This document shows positions 38,285-48,852 of a DNA stretch of 64,000 nucleotides, piece by piece (the first letter of the stretch is position 1; every line of letters begins with the position of its first letter). Under the pieces are notes generated by a model. It made no database searches. It had not been told where the DNA came from and saw nothing but the letters and a program-made list of their open reading frames with translations. This stretch comes from Vulcanimicrobiota bacterium (GTDB lineage Bacteria > Vulcanimicrobiota > Vulcanimicrobiia > Vulcanimicrobiales > Vulcanimicrobiaceae): the NCBI GenBank assembly GCA_963714015.1, contig OY970223.1, positions 3,488,001 to 3,552,000 of the forward strand, given 5' to 3'. The position numbers and the translations under genes are program-made.

Positions 38285-41200
38285 TTAGGATACGGCATCC
38301 AGTTCGCGAGCGGCGGCTGCGTTGAAGTATGACGCGCGGGGATGATGCATCACAATCGCTGCCGTCGATTGTTCCGGAACCATCTGATACGCCTGCGTGA
38401 GCGTGACGCCTATCGCATTCGTGGCGTCCAGCAAGGCGAACGCAGTCTCGTGCTGGGAGAGATCCGGGCATGCGCCATAGCCCCAGGAGTACCGCTTGCC
38501 GCGCTGATCGTCCAGATCCAATTCCCGGCGAATCAGGCGGTGCGCGTACTCCGCCAGCGCCTCGGCGCTCTGTACGGAAAAACCATGCAGAAAATACGAC
38601 TCGCTGTATTCGCCCGCGTGATGCAGCTCTTCCGTACGCTGCGCGGCAGCAGTTCCAACGGTCACGACTTGCAGCGCAACGACGTCCACGGCCTTACCGT
38701 CGCGGAGCCCAGCGACGTAATCCGCGAGTGAGAGGTGTTCTCCGCCGGCTTGCCGCGCAAATGGGAAGCGCGCGATCTCGCGCGAACGATCCTCCGGATC
38801 GTAAATGACGACGTCATTGCCGCTGCCCGCTGCGGGAAAGTATCCGTACACGAAACGCGGAGCGAGCAGATTTTCTTCGATTGCCAGCCGCTCGTACCGG
38901 TGCAGGCGCGGCTCGAATTCCTCGCGCAGGAGCCGGTCGAACGCCTCGCCTTTCGTATTGGAAGCTCCCCAGGAAAGCCGGTACAAGCTGCGCAGATCGA
39001 AGCATTGCCAAAGCTCGGCCGGATCGATGACGTCGACCACGCGAGTGCCCCAAAACGGCGGCAAAGGAATCGGCGCCGGCTCGCTGCGCACTTGCGAGTA
39101 CACGATCTCGCCGTTCGTCGAAGCGGGTCTGCGGCGTTGGCTCTCGCGCAAATTGAAAGCCTCCGCCTTGGCTCGCGCGACGAGCGATTCTCGCCCCTGC
39201 CGTTCGCCGGTCAGCGCTTCCATGATCTGCAGCCCTTCGAACGCGTCCTTCGCGTAGAAGAGTCCCGGTTCGAAGTAACGCGCGCCTTCGTCGAGCAGCG
39301 AGATTCGGCGCCCGAAGTCCCGGTTAATTGCCGCGCCTCCTACGAGCACCGGAAATTGGAGGCCGCGGGAATCTTGCTCCTGCACGCAGATCGGCATCTG
39401 TTTGCTGGTCGAAACGAGAAGCGCCGAAAGACCGATCGCATCGGCCTTGACTTCCACGGCTTTCTCGAGGATCGTGTTCATCGGGACTTGTTTGCCGAGA
39501 TCGAACACGGTGTAGCCGTTATTCGTAAGGATCGTGTTCACCAGGTTCTTGCCGATGTCGTGAACGTCGCCGAAGACGGTGGCGAGCACGACCTTACCTT
39601 TGCTCGAGCCTTCTTTCTTTTCCAAGAACTGCTCGAGGTGCGCGACGGCCTTCTTCATCACTTCCGCCGACTGCAGCACGAAGGGCAGAATCAATTCGCC
39701 GGCGCCGAATTTGTCACCGACCTCCTTCATTGCAGGCAGCAGAATGTCGTTCAGCACGCCGACTGCATCGCGAGTAAGGAGCGCCCGATCGAGTTTCTCC
39801 TCGATGCCGTCCTTTCGGCGCCGCAGGATCGCGTTGTGGATGCGTATCTCGGGCGGCGCATCGGCGTCGTCGTCTTTCGTTTGCTCCATCTTGGCCGAAA
39901 CGGAGACCGATTCGTAGCGATCGATCAGCCGCGCAAGCGCATCAGACCGGCGGTTGAAGACCAGATCGTCGCAGAGCGCGCGCTCAGTTGCGTCCAGTTC
40001 GGCATACGGCGTGATCTCCTTCGGGTGCACGAGCGCCATGTCGAGCCCGGCTTCGACGCAATGATGCAGAAAGACGGAGTTGAGAGCCGCGCGAGCATGA
40101 GCTTTGAGGCCGAAGGAAACGTTACTCACCCCCAGCGAGGTCAGAACGCCCGGCAGCGATTTCTTGATTGCGCGAATACCTTCGATCGTCTCAAGGGCGG
40201 AGTTGACGTACTCCTCGTCACCGGTGGCCAGCGTAAACGTCAGCGCGTCGAAAATCAGCGCCCCCGGCGGCAAGCCGTAGTCGCCCACGACGATATCATG
40301 AATGCGCTGCGCAACTTCGAGTTTGCGCGGGGCGGTTTTCGCCATGCCGCTCTCGTCGATTGTCAGCGCAACGACGGCGGCGCCGTGTTCGATGGCAAGC
40401 GGCAGAACGGCGTCGATCTTGGATCTTCCGCTCTCCAAGTGCACGGAGTTCACGATTGCGCGGCCGGGGTAATTTTCGAGGGCGGCTTGGATAACGCGCG
40501 GCTCGGTCGAATCGATCATCAGCGGCGCTTCAACCGACTGGGCGAGTTTTCGCACGACCGCGCGCATCTGCTCGTCTTCGTCGGTGCGCTCCGTCAGGGC
40601 GCAGCAAATGTCGAGCGTGTGAGCGCCGACCTCGACCTGCTCGCGAGCGACGATCGCAATGTCGTCGTAGCGTTCCTCGAGCAGTAAACGCTTGAGCTTG
40701 CGAGATCCCTGGGCGTTGATTCGTTCGCCGACCAGCAGCGGACGAGGCTCTTGTTCGAGCGATACCGCCGTCATTGCCGAAGCCGCGTATTGAACCGGCT
40801 TGGGTTGCGGCTTGCGCACGCCCGCGCCGCGCTCGCGGCGCAACGCTTCGAGCCCGCTCTGAATCGCCGCGATATGCGCCGGCGTCGTCCCACAGCAGCC
40901 CCCGACGGCGTTCACGCCGAATTCCCGGACGAAGTCCACCAGTTCGCCCGCAAGTTCGTCCGGAGTCTCGGGATAAATGGTTTCGCCTTGCGGCCCCATG
41001 ATCGGCAAGCCGGCGTTGGGGATCACGCTCACGTACCGATCGGACGTTTCGCAGAGATAGCGAACGGAGTCGCGCATCTGCGCAGGGCCCGTCGAGCAGT
41101 TCAACCCAATGACGTCGACCGGCAAAGCGCCAAGCGTCGCACAAATTGCGCGAATGTCCGTCCCGAGCAGCATGCGGCCTTCGGTGATCAGCGTGGGTTG

Positions 41201-41782
41201 CGCTTGAATGGGAACGCGCCGCAGCCCCCGCGTGAACTCGCGCGTAATTCCGGCAATCGCGGCCTTGAGTTCGAGCAGATCTTGCATCGTTTCGAGCAGC
41301 AGCAGATCCGCGCCGCCCTCGACCAGGAATCGTGCTTGCTCTGCGTAGATGTCCGCCAATTCGCTGAAGCTGATCTTCGAGAGCGCCGGGTCCGACGACG
41401 AGATCAGCATTCCGGTCGGTCCCATCGAACCAGCCACAAAACGCGGACGCGCAGCGGTCGAATATTTCGCGCATGCTTGCCGCGCGAGTTTTGCGGCGTC
41501 GCGATTGATCTCGGCGACGCGATCGCCGAGGCCGTATTCGGACAGCTTCAAACGGGAAGCGGTGAACGTATCGGTTTCTACGACGTCGGCTCCGGCTTCC
41601 AGATAGGACTCGTGAATGCTGCGAACGACGTCGGGACGGGTCAGCACGAGCCCTTCGTTGCAGCCGTGATAACGCTCTCCGCCGAAGTCTTCGTTCGTCA
41701 ACTCCAGAGCCATGAGTTGCGTGCCCATGGCGCCGTCAAAGACCAGGACGCGCTCGTCCAGCAGGCGCAAATAATCAGACAA
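38285..41782 (-). CDS. metH: Cobalamin-dependent methionine synthase
   Basis: DGAMGT, GLNC, GGCCGT (Zn), pterin domain GERIN, B12 motif DVHDIGKN, RYSWGYGACPD. Confidence 0.97.
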   Translation of the reverse strand: MSDYLRLLDERVLVFDGAMGTQLMALELTNEDFGGERYHGCNEGLVLTRPDVVRSIHESYLEAGADVVETDTFTASRLKLSEYGLGDRVAEINRDAAKLARQACAKYSTAARPRFVAGSMGPTGMLISSSDPALSKISFSELADIYAEQARFLVEGGADLLLLETMQDLLELKAAIAGITREFTRGLRRVPIQAQPTLITEGRMLLGTDIRAICATLGALPVDVIGLNCSTGPAQMRDSVRYLCETSDRYVSVIPNAGLPIMGPQGETIYPETPDELAGELVDFVREFGVNAVGGCCGTTPAHIAAIQSGLEALRRERGAGVRKPQPKPVQYAASAMTAVSLEQEPRPLLVGERINAQGSRKLKRLLLEERYDDIAIVAREQVEVGAHTLDICCALTERTDEDEQMRAVVRKLAQSVEAPLMIDSTEPRVIQAALENYPGRAIVNSVHLESGRSKIDAVLPLAIEHGAAVVALTIDESGMAKTAPRKLEVAQRIHDIVVGDYGLPPGALIFDALTFTLATGDEEYVNSALETIEGIRAIKKSLPGVLTSLGVSNVSFGLKAHARAALNSVFLHHCVEAGLDMALVHPKEITPYAELDATERALCDDLVFNRRSDALARLIDRYESVSVSAKMEQTKDDDADAPPEIRIHNAILRRRKDGIEEKLDRALLTRDAVGVLNDILLPAMKEVGDKFGAGELILPFVLQSAEVMKKAVAHLEQFLEKKEGSSKGKVVLATVFGDVHDIGKNLVNTILTNNGYTVFDLGKQVPMNTILEKAVEVKADAIGLSALLVSTSKQMPICVQEQDSRGLQFPVLVGGAAINRDFGRRISLLDEGARYFEPGLFYAKDAFEGLQIMEALTGERQGRESLVARAKAEAFNLRESQRRRPASTNGEIVYSQVRSEPAPIPLPPFWGTRVVDVIDPAELWQCFDLRSLYRLSWGASNTKGEAFDRLLREEFEPRLHRYERLAIEENLLAPRFVYGYFPAAGSGNDVVIYDPEDRSREIARFPFARQAGGEHLSLADYVAGLRDGKAVDVVALQVVTVGTAAAQRTEELHHAGEYSESYFLHGFSVQSAEALAEYAHRLIRRELDLDDQRGKRYSWGYGACPDLSQHETAFALLDATNAIGVTLTQAYQMVPEQSTAAIVMHHPRASYFNAAAARELDAVS

Positions 41783-41785
41783 TTT

Positions 41786-42856
41786 TTATTTCGTACTCGC
41801 TTTTTCGATGGCGACGGTACTTGGCAAATCGGCGCTCGCCCGGACTTCTCCGACCGCGCGTCCGGCTCGATTATACACGACCGGGCGTTCCAGGTCGGCG
41901 AGTTCGGTCAGCGCCGCTTGGGGAAGGAGACCCAATCGGCGTAAGATTCCCAGAACCGACGGCCCGCGGCCGCGTGAGGAGCCGTCCAGAACCTTCACCG
42001 TCAGGCCCACGCCCGAACCGATAGCCGAGCTTGCATGAACGCCTTCGGCGCCGCCTTTGCAGACGAGGCTTCCGCCTGCGGCCTGCATGAGGCGCGTATC
42101 GAATTCGCCGGTACCCGAGACGTAATCGGGATGGGCGATCATCGCGTCTCGGACGATTCGCAGTGCTCGCCCGTCTGCCGGAGGGATGCCTTCCAGCGTC
42201 GCAAAGCGCATGAACGACAGTGCCGCGGTCCGCAGCGGCGTGGCATACACCGGAATTCCGCATCCGTCCACACCTAGCGGGAGATCGGCGGCCTTTTCGT
42301 CCGACATGCGCGCGCAAAATGCTAAGATCTCGCGCTCGGCGGGATTCTGCGGGTCCATGTACGTCGCCGGATCGCATCCCAAAATCTTGCACAGCGCCAG
42401 AATGCCCGCGTGCTTACCCGAGCAGTTGTTGCAGATTGCGGAAGGCTCGGTGCCCGCGCGCTGCATCTGGGCAGCCGACGCGGCATTGTAGGGTGCATGC
42501 GCGCCGCATTGCAGCGCGCTTTCGTCCATGCCGATCTTGCGCAGAATCGATCGCACGGCATCGACGTGAAATTGCTGTCCGGTGTGCGAAGCCGCCATCA
42601 CGGCGATCTCTCGCATCTCCAAGCCGAAACGTTCCCGAGCGCCTGCGGCGATTGCCGCCGCTGCAATGAACGGCTTCGCGCTCGAACGCAAATAGACCGG
42701 AACGTCGATCGCGCCGAGCGCGAAGATCACTTCCCCCGAAGCGTCCATCGCGCACGCGGCGACGTGGTGAACGGACTCCACCAACCCGCCGCGCGTAATT
42801 TCTACAAAAGGCTCTCCGGACGGGATGCGTTGCTCATGCGAGAGCGGGTTCGACAA
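41786..42856 (-). CDS. L-asparaginase II (Rhizobium AnsA type)
   Basis: [35 protein letters not shown] 42856 with AGGAAG upstream. Confidence 0.88.
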   Translation of the reverse strand: MSNPLSHEQRIPSGEPFVEITRGGLVESVHHVAACAMDASGEVIFALGAIDVPVYLRSSAKPFIAAAAIAAGARERFGLEMREIAVMAASHTGQQFHVDAVRSILRKIGMDESALQCGAHAPYNAASAAQMQRAGTEPSAICNNCSGKHAGILALCKILGCDPATYMDPQNPAEREILAFCARMSDEKAADLPLGVDGCGIPVYATPLRTAALSFMRFATLEGIPPADGRALRIVRDAMIAHPDYVSGTGEFDTRLMQAAGGSLVCKGGAEGVHASSAIGSGVGLTVKVLDGSSRGRGPSVLGILRRLGLLPQAALTELADLERPVVYNRAGRAVGEVRASADLPSTVAIEKASTK

Positions 42857-43796
42857 TATTTGCTTCCTGTTCGGCAAAGACCGGATTGGAGAGATACCGT
42901 TCTCCGGTATCGCAACCCACGGTAACGATCAACTTGCCCTTCGACTCCGGACGCGCCGCGACTTGCAGCGCGGCCCAGATGTTGGCTCCGGAGGAGATTC
43001 CGACGAGCATGCCCTCCTCACGCGCAGCCCGCCGCGCGGTTGCAACGGCATCTGCGTCGGTGACCCGGATGACTTCGTCGTATATGCTCGTGTTGAGAAC
43101 CTTCGGAATGAACCCCGTGCCGGTTCCTTGGATCTTGTGCGGGCCCGGCTGCCCTCCGGAAAGGACCGCAGAGGCGTCGGGCTCGACCGCAATCATTCGC
43201 ACGCCGGGTTTGCGCTGCTTCAAAACTTCACCGACGCCCGTCATCGTGCCGCCGGTACCTATGGCGGCTACGAAAACGTCGATCGTTCCGTCCGTGTCGC
43301 GCCAAATCTCTTCGGCCGTGGTGCGCCGGTGAATCTCCGGGTTTGCCGGATTTTCGAACTGCTGAGGCATGAAGTATTTCGAAGGATCGGTCTGCACGAT
43401 CTCGTCGGCTTTGGCAATCGCGCTTCTCATGCCCTCGCTGCCGGGTGTGAGAATCACTTGAGCGCCATAGGCCTTGAGCAAGTTGCGCCGCTCTATCGTC
43501 ATCGTGTCCGGCATGATCAGCACGGCGGAATACCCTTTTGCAGCGGCAACGAATGCCAGCGCAATGCCGGTGTTGCCGCTGGTCGGTTCGACGATGACCA
43601 TGCCGGGGCGAAGGCGCCCATCCCGTTCGGCTGCCTCGATCATCGAAACGCCGATGCGATCCTTGACGGAACCGGCGGGATTGAAAGACTCCATCTTCAC
43701 GGCGACCGTGCCCGGAAGACTTTTGCTCAAGCGGGGGATTTTGACGAGCGGCGTATTGCCGAAGGTGTCCGCCAAATTTTCATAGATCCGCGCCAT
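42834..43796 (-). CDS. cysK: Cysteine synthase A
   Basis: [16 protein letters not shown] (PLP Lys), [21 protein letters not shown]. Confidence 0.96.
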   Translation of the reverse strand: MARIYENLADTFGNTPLVKIPRLSKSLPGTVAVKMESFNPAGSVKDRIGVSMIEAAERDGRLRPGMVIVEPTSGNTGIALAFVAAAKGYSAVLIMPDTMTIERRNLLKAYGAQVILTPGSEGMRSAIAKADEIVQTDPSKYFMPQQFENPANPEIHRRTTAEEIWRDTDGTIDVFVAAIGTGGTMTGVGEVLKQRKPGVRMIAVEPDASAVLSGGQPGPHKIQGTGTGFIPKVLNTSIYDEVIRVTDADAVATARRAAREEGMLVGISSGANIWAALQVAARPESKGKLIVTVGCDTGERYLSNPVFAEQEANIVEPALA

Positions 43797-43899
43797 GATG
43801 CTCCTTTGCCGCTGCGGTGATTCACCGGTATCGCCAAAAACCAGGGTTGCCCTCAAAAGTTGCAATCCTCAGAAACGATGGCGGACGACCGCGGCTGCG

Positions 43900-45466
43900 T
43901 CAAGGAACCGGCGTCGCCCCCGGAACCGACGGCTTGGGAAGCGCCGGCAACGTCCGCGCAGATCCGGGCTGAATGATGTGCGGCGTGATCAAGATGTAGA
44001 GATTCGTGTGCGATTCCGTGTCGTGCCGAACCCGGAAGAGTGCGCCGATCAGCGGCAGATCGCCGATTCCCGGGATTTTCGCCAGATTCACGATCTCTTC
44101 GTCTTGCAAAAGGCCGCCGATGACGAACGGCTGACCGTCCGCAACCGTCGCCATCGTCGTAGCTTGGCGCAAGCTGATCTGCGGCACGTTGCCCTGCTGC
44201 GTCGGAACGAACGCCGTCACGCTGGAGACTTCGGCAAAAATGTGCGATGTAATGAAACGATCGCTCGTAATGCGCGGTGAAATCTGCAAGTTGACGCCGA
44301 CGGCGATATAGTTGACGGTTTGCTGGGTGATCGTGGGCGGCCCGGGATAGATCGTCGTCGAGACGATCGGCAGCGCGTCGCCGGTAAGGATCTGCGCCGG
44401 AGTTCCATTCAGCGCCAGTATCCGCGGAGTGGCGAGAATCCGTCCTTCCCCTTTTGAGATCGTCGCGAAGAGATTTGCTTGGAAACCGGCGTGAAACGCC
44501 GGCAACGAGCCGGACGTGAGCGTCCCACCCGCGCTGCCGACGGGCGTTCCCGCTCCGCCGGTAAAGTCCAGACCCAAATCGTGCGCCGCCGTTTGACTCA
44601 GTTCGACGACCTGGCACGAGAGCATCACGCTCGCGAGGGGAACGTCGATCTTTGCAATCTCTGCTTTCAGCGCCGCGATCTCTTGCGGCGTGCCTGAGAG
44701 AACGATCGCGTTCAGACGCCGATCGACGGCGATGTTCTCGTTGATGCGCTCGCCGACGCTCTGCGGTTCGCCTGATTCGCCTTGCGGCGGTTGATACGGT
44801 TCGGGTTGATTGACCCCGGGCGAGGTGGGCAGGCTGAAGATGGATCCCGCCGGCTGAAACGTGTCGTTCGGCGCTATGGACTGTCCGGGAACGAGGATGC
44901 CCACGACCTCGCTGACGTCCGCGTACTTGAGCGGAACCACTTCGATGCGGCTTCCGGAAATCGCCGGGGGCGCCTTCGCCGGCGATCCTTGTTGCGGCCC
45001 CTGCTGCCAAATCGGCGTTCCGGCGACGATCGATATGGTGTCCGAAGCGCTGGAAGAGAACACCGGAGTCGCCGGCGAGGGAACGACTACGACGACTTCG
45101 ACCGCGTTCGGCACCGGTCGAACCGTAACGGACTGGACCGCGTTCACGCCGCGATACGTCAGGCGCCCAACCGTCGCGGCGAGCGATCGTACCGGGCAGC
45201 ACGATAACGACGTTGCGGCTTCCGATGCCCTCCAAATGCCATCCGGCAGGAATGCCGCCGGCGAATGTGAGCGATACAATCGTGTTGCCCGCACCCGAGG
45301 CTTCGACTCGAACGGCGGAAAGCTCCGAGGCGGCCAGCGCGCCTGCCGGAGCAGAAAGCAGCATGGCCACGGAAATCATAATAATTCCAAGCGCTTTATG
45401 TGAAACGCGCCGCAACGCCGAAGCCACGTGAAGCACTTCCGCGACGTTCGTATTTGCGGCCTGCAT
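43900..45466 (-). CDS. Secretin (type II/IV pilus secretin family) with AMIN-like and NolW/N3 domains; +1 frameshift ~45180; start uncertain
   Basis: Signal peptide plus AMIN-like region in ORF 43853-45475 joins ORF 43900-45294: VVPLKYADVSEV, VDRRLNAIVLSG, ILATPRI, GVNLQISP, VIGGLL, KIPGIGDLPLIGALFR, ILITPHI. Confidence 0.88.
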
Positions 45467-45561
45467 ACGCCGCACTGGAGGATACGTTCGGCGGGAGACG
45501 CGCCTGCGGCGCCTAAGTAAGGGCGGCTACAAAAGCAACGATCCGGCGGAGGGGTTTATCC

Positions 45562-47568
45562 ATGCGCTTCGTGTTGATTTTTCTCGGGGCGCTCATCGGC
45601 GTCGGGGCTGTTGCTGCGGGGTGGACCCACAACGGCTTTGGAGCGGCGCCGGCTAGAGCGATGAACAACCCCGGACCCTGCACGCTTCCGCCGTCGAGCA
45701 GCGAGATCGTCGATCCCCCGAACATCTACGCGTTGAACGGCGTGCTGAATTTGCGCCTCACGCTTACGCAACAATACTTTCCTGGTCCAACGTTGGCCCT
45801 CTGCTGGACGTATGCAACGCTGGTAAACGGCAAGATGACGCAGCTGAGCGTGCCGCCCACGTTGAACGTCAAGCAAGGCGAACGCATGTCGATCACGCTA
45901 GTCAACACGCTTCCGCCGCCGAACGGGAACCTTCAGACTCCCCCGCCGCTCAAAGTCGATCGCGAGCCGGACGCAATGGGAATGGCCGGCGGCACGGGCG
46001 GCGGTTCCGGCGGTGCCAATCCCTGGCAGCTGATGTGCAAGCAGCCGCAACTCGCGCCCACGCCGACACCGGATCCGGTTACCGGGCGCATCTACGGCTA
46101 TCATCGATCGCCTTGGAACGAAGCCAACCTGCACTTCCACGGCCTCAATACCTCGCCCAATCAGCCCTCGGACGACGTCGTGAACGTACTGCTCTGTCCG
46201 GTGATGCAAGGCAGCGCGCTGAACACGTACCATTACGTCGTGGACATTCCGCGCAACGAACCGCCGGGGTTGTACTGGTATCACCCGCATGCGCACGGCG
46301 AGAGTCAGTACCAAGTCTTCATGGGACTGACGGGGGCGATCGTCGTGCACACGATCCGGCCCTCGATTCCGGACGAACTGCCCGGACACCTCATCGTCGT
46401 GCGCGACACGCCCGCGCTGCAAGGCATCTCCAAATACCACCGCTTACGCTCTGCAAATCCGCTGCAGCGGCAGACGAAAACGCTGCCGGCTCGGGCGGGG
46501 AATACCACTGCCGTACGAGCCCTGACGCTGGGACCCATGACGATGCGTCCGGCCGCAGCAGCCGCGCGCATCACGCGCCGTCGCGGCCTGGATCCTTTCC
46601 AAATCCCCGATCGCTGTCCGGGACCGAAAATACCTTATAACAGTACGAATCTGACCGTGAATCGCATTCCGCTGCCGGTGGGACCGAATCAGATAACTGG
46701 TCTGCCTCTCGCGCATATCGGACTTGGTGAAACGCAATATTACCGTCTGGCCAACACCGACGCGCAGACGACGCTGGATCTGATTTTGACGGTAGACGGC
46801 AAACGCGAACCGTTCATGGTTACCGCCCGCGACGGCGTACCGCTCATCCTCAAGAACGGCAAACCGACGTACCAGCCGGTCGCGATGAACGATCTATTCA
46901 TTCCCCCCGCGGGACGCGTCGAGTTTTACATGACCGGCAAAGTTCCCGGCGCAAACATGGTCGTGCGCACCCTCGCCATAGCCACGGGCTGCGTCGGCGA
47001 CACGGACATGGCGCGCAACCTCTTCGACGTCAAGGTCGGCACCAAGCAGGTGGTGCAAAACGTCGTCGTTCCGCCGCAGACCGATCCGGTTCCGGAGCGT
47101 TTCTCCGGCTTGGCCGCTCGAGCGCCCATGCGCCGGCGCACGTTCATCTTTACCGAGTACATTCGCAACGACGAGTCCGAGCCGGATTTCTATCTGACCG
47201 AGACGTCGAACCCTAACGCGATCGAACATCCGTATCGCATGACCGGTCCGCCCGACACGATCGTCAAGGACGGCACCGTTGAAGAATGGACGTTCTACAA
47301 CTTCACCAACGAGATGCACGCGTTCCACATTCACCAGATCCACTTCATGCCGGTCTCCGGGGTGACCAAGGGCCAAGGCTTGGGTCAGATGGTCGATACG
47401 GTTCCCATACCGGTGGGCGGCTGGAGCGGCGGACAGTTCATTCCCACCAAAGTCGTGGTGCTCATGGATTTCCGCGAAAAGAACATCGTGGGCACGTTCG
47501 TCTATCACTGCCACTTCCTGGAGCACGAAGACAACGGAATGATGGCACGCATCCAAGTCGTACCATGA
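45562..47568 (+). CDS. Secreted multicopper oxidase
   Basis: All four Cu motifs: LHFHG, YWYHPH, HAFHIH, YHCHFLEHEDNGMM. N-terminal signal sequence. Confidence 0.92.
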   Translation: MRFVLIFLGALIGVGAVAAGWTHNGFGAAPARAMNNPGPCTLPPSSSEIVDPPNIYALNGVLNLRLTLTQQYFPGPTLALCWTYATLVNGKMTQLSVPPTLNVKQGERMSITLVNTLPPPNGNLQTPPPLKVDREPDAMGMAGGTGGGSGGANPWQLMCKQPQLAPTPTPDPVTGRIYGYHRSPWNEANLHFHGLNTSPNQPSDDVVNVLLCPVMQGSALNTYHYVVDIPRNEPPGLYWYHPHAHGESQYQVFMGLTGAIVVHTIRPSIPDELPGHLIVVRDTPALQGISKYHRLRSANPLQRQTKTLPARAGNTTAVRALTLGPMTMRPAAAAARITRRRGLDPFQIPDRCPGPKIPYNSTNLTVNRIPLPVGPNQITGLPLAHIGLGETQYYRLANTDAQTTLDLILTVDGKREPFMVTARDGVPLILKNGKPTYQPVAMNDLFIPPAGRVEFYMTGKVPGANMVVRTLAIATGCVGDTDMARNLFDVKVGTKQVVQNVVVPPQTDPVPERFSGLAARAPMRRRTFIFTEYIRNDESEPDFYLTETSNPNAIEHPYRMTGPPDTIVKDGTVEEWTFYNFTNEMHAFHIHQIHFMPVSGVTKGQGLGQMVDTVPIPVGGWSGGQFIPTKVVVLMDFREKNIVGTFVYHCHFLEHEDNGMMARIQVVP

Positions 47569-47574
47569 CGCCGC

Positions 47575-48552
47575 ATGTTCTCTCTGAGCGATAGATCGCT
47601 CTACGTAGAAGCGCTCGGTCTATGGATCGACTCGATGCGGTCACGCCACCGTTGCTACGTCTCGCACGGACATAGCGATCATGCGCGCGAGCATGCGAGG
47701 ATCGTCGCCACGCCCAATACCGCGCGCATCTGCCGGGAGCGGTTCCGCAAAGACGTACAGCCCGTTCCCTCGTTCGAAGAGCACCGGTTCAATGAACCGT
47801 GGGACGACGGCAGCCACCGGTTGACGCTCTTCTCCGCGGGCCACGTGCTGGGCAGCTCGCAGCTGTTGATCGAGGGGGAAAAGGGGCGTTTCGTGTACAC
47901 GGGCGACTTCAAACTCGGCGAGTCGTTAACGGCCGAGTCTCCCGAGGTGAAACGCTGCGACGTTTTGTTGATGGAGTGCACGTACGGCCGCCCGCACTAC
48001 GCGTTTCCGCCGCGGGAACACATCGAAATGGAAATGGTCGCTTTTGCCCGCGAAGCGATCGAATCCGGCGCTGTGCCGGTATTCCTAGCTTACTCGCTGG
48101 GTAAAGCGCAGGAAGCTTTGGCGATTCTCGGGCGCAGCGGCCTGCGGATTACCGTTCACGGCGCGATTCATCGGATGTGCAGAGTCTACGAAGAGTGCGG
48201 CGTCGCGCTGCCCCGCTATGAACGGTACGATGCGGCCGGGTTTCAGGAAGGCGTCCTGATTTGGCCTCCTTCCCGTCGCCGTCTTCCCGAGGCGCCTTTC
48301 GGTAAGAAGTTGCGCACTGCGGTGCTGACCGGCTGGATGCTCGATCCGGGCGTGGCCGTCCGTTACGGCGCGGAACACGGCTTCGCGCTGAGCGATCACG
48401 CCGACTACCCGTCTTTGCTGCGTTACGTCGAGCTCGCGCAGCCGCGTAAAGTGCTGCTCAACCACGGCCGACGTGACTTCGTCTATCGTCTCCGAGCGCT
48501 TGGCGTTGACGCTGAATACCTGGAGGAGTACGAACAACTGGCGCTGTTCTAG
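47575..48552 (+). CDS. Metallo-beta-lactamase/beta-CASP nuclease (ligase-associated DNA damage response exonuclease type)
   Basis: SHGHSDH, AGHVLGS, YTGDF, MECTYG, YSLGKAQE, LSDHAD. Lies near the ATP-dependent ligase. Confidence 0.85.
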   Translation: MFSLSDRSLYVEALGLWIDSMRSRHRCYVSHGHSDHAREHARIVATPNTARICRERFRKDVQPVPSFEEHRFNEPWDDGSHRLTLFSAGHVLGSSQLLIEGEKGRFVYTGDFKLGESLTAESPEVKRCDVLLMECTYGRPHYAFPPREHIEMEMVAFAREAIESGAVPVFLAYSLGKAQEALAILGRSGLRITVHGAIHRMCRVYEECGVALPRYERYDAAGFQEGVLIWPPSRRRLPEAPFGKKLRTAVLTGWMLDPGVAVRYGAEHGFALSDHADYPSLLRYVELAQPRKVLLNHGRRDFVYRLRALGVDAEYLEEYEQLALF

Positions 48553-48558
48553 TTTGAC

Positions 48559-48837
48559 TTAATCGACGCCGATGTCCCAAAGCATGCCGAGATCCTTTTT
48601 GGCAAACGAGCGGAATGCGATGAGCGTTTCCGTATGACGGATACCTTCGAGGCCGCCGATACCTTCGGTTACGAGATCGCTGAGCTGTTCGTGCTGCTTG
48701 ACGCGCGCGACCGCGACGATGTCGTAAGGACCGGCGACGCTGTACACTTCCGCGATTCCCTCGATCGCAAGCAGATCGTCCGCAATGCTGCGCAGCCGGG
48801 GGCGCTCCACGTTGATAAGGATAAAGGCGGTGACCAT
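48559..48837 (-). CDS. Stand-alone Lrp/AsnC ligand-binding (RAM) domain protein
   Basis: MVTAFILINVE...EVYSVAGPYDIVA...IRHTETLIAF; no HTH. Confidence 0.85.
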   Translation of the reverse strand: MVTAFILINVERPRLRSIADDLLAIEGIAEVYSVAGPYDIVAVARVKQHEQLSDLVTEGIGGLEGIRHTETLIAFRSFAKKDLGMLWDIGVD

Positions 48838-48852
48838 GGGTAATCCCATTCC

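Noticed and set aside
5131..40687. Long antisense or alternate-frame ORFs (e.g. 5131-6816, 8161-9543, 11682-13133, 28989-30371, 38735-40687)
   Set aside because: Shadow ORFs of GC-rich genes that have clear motifs on the other strand or frame; no recognisable domains.
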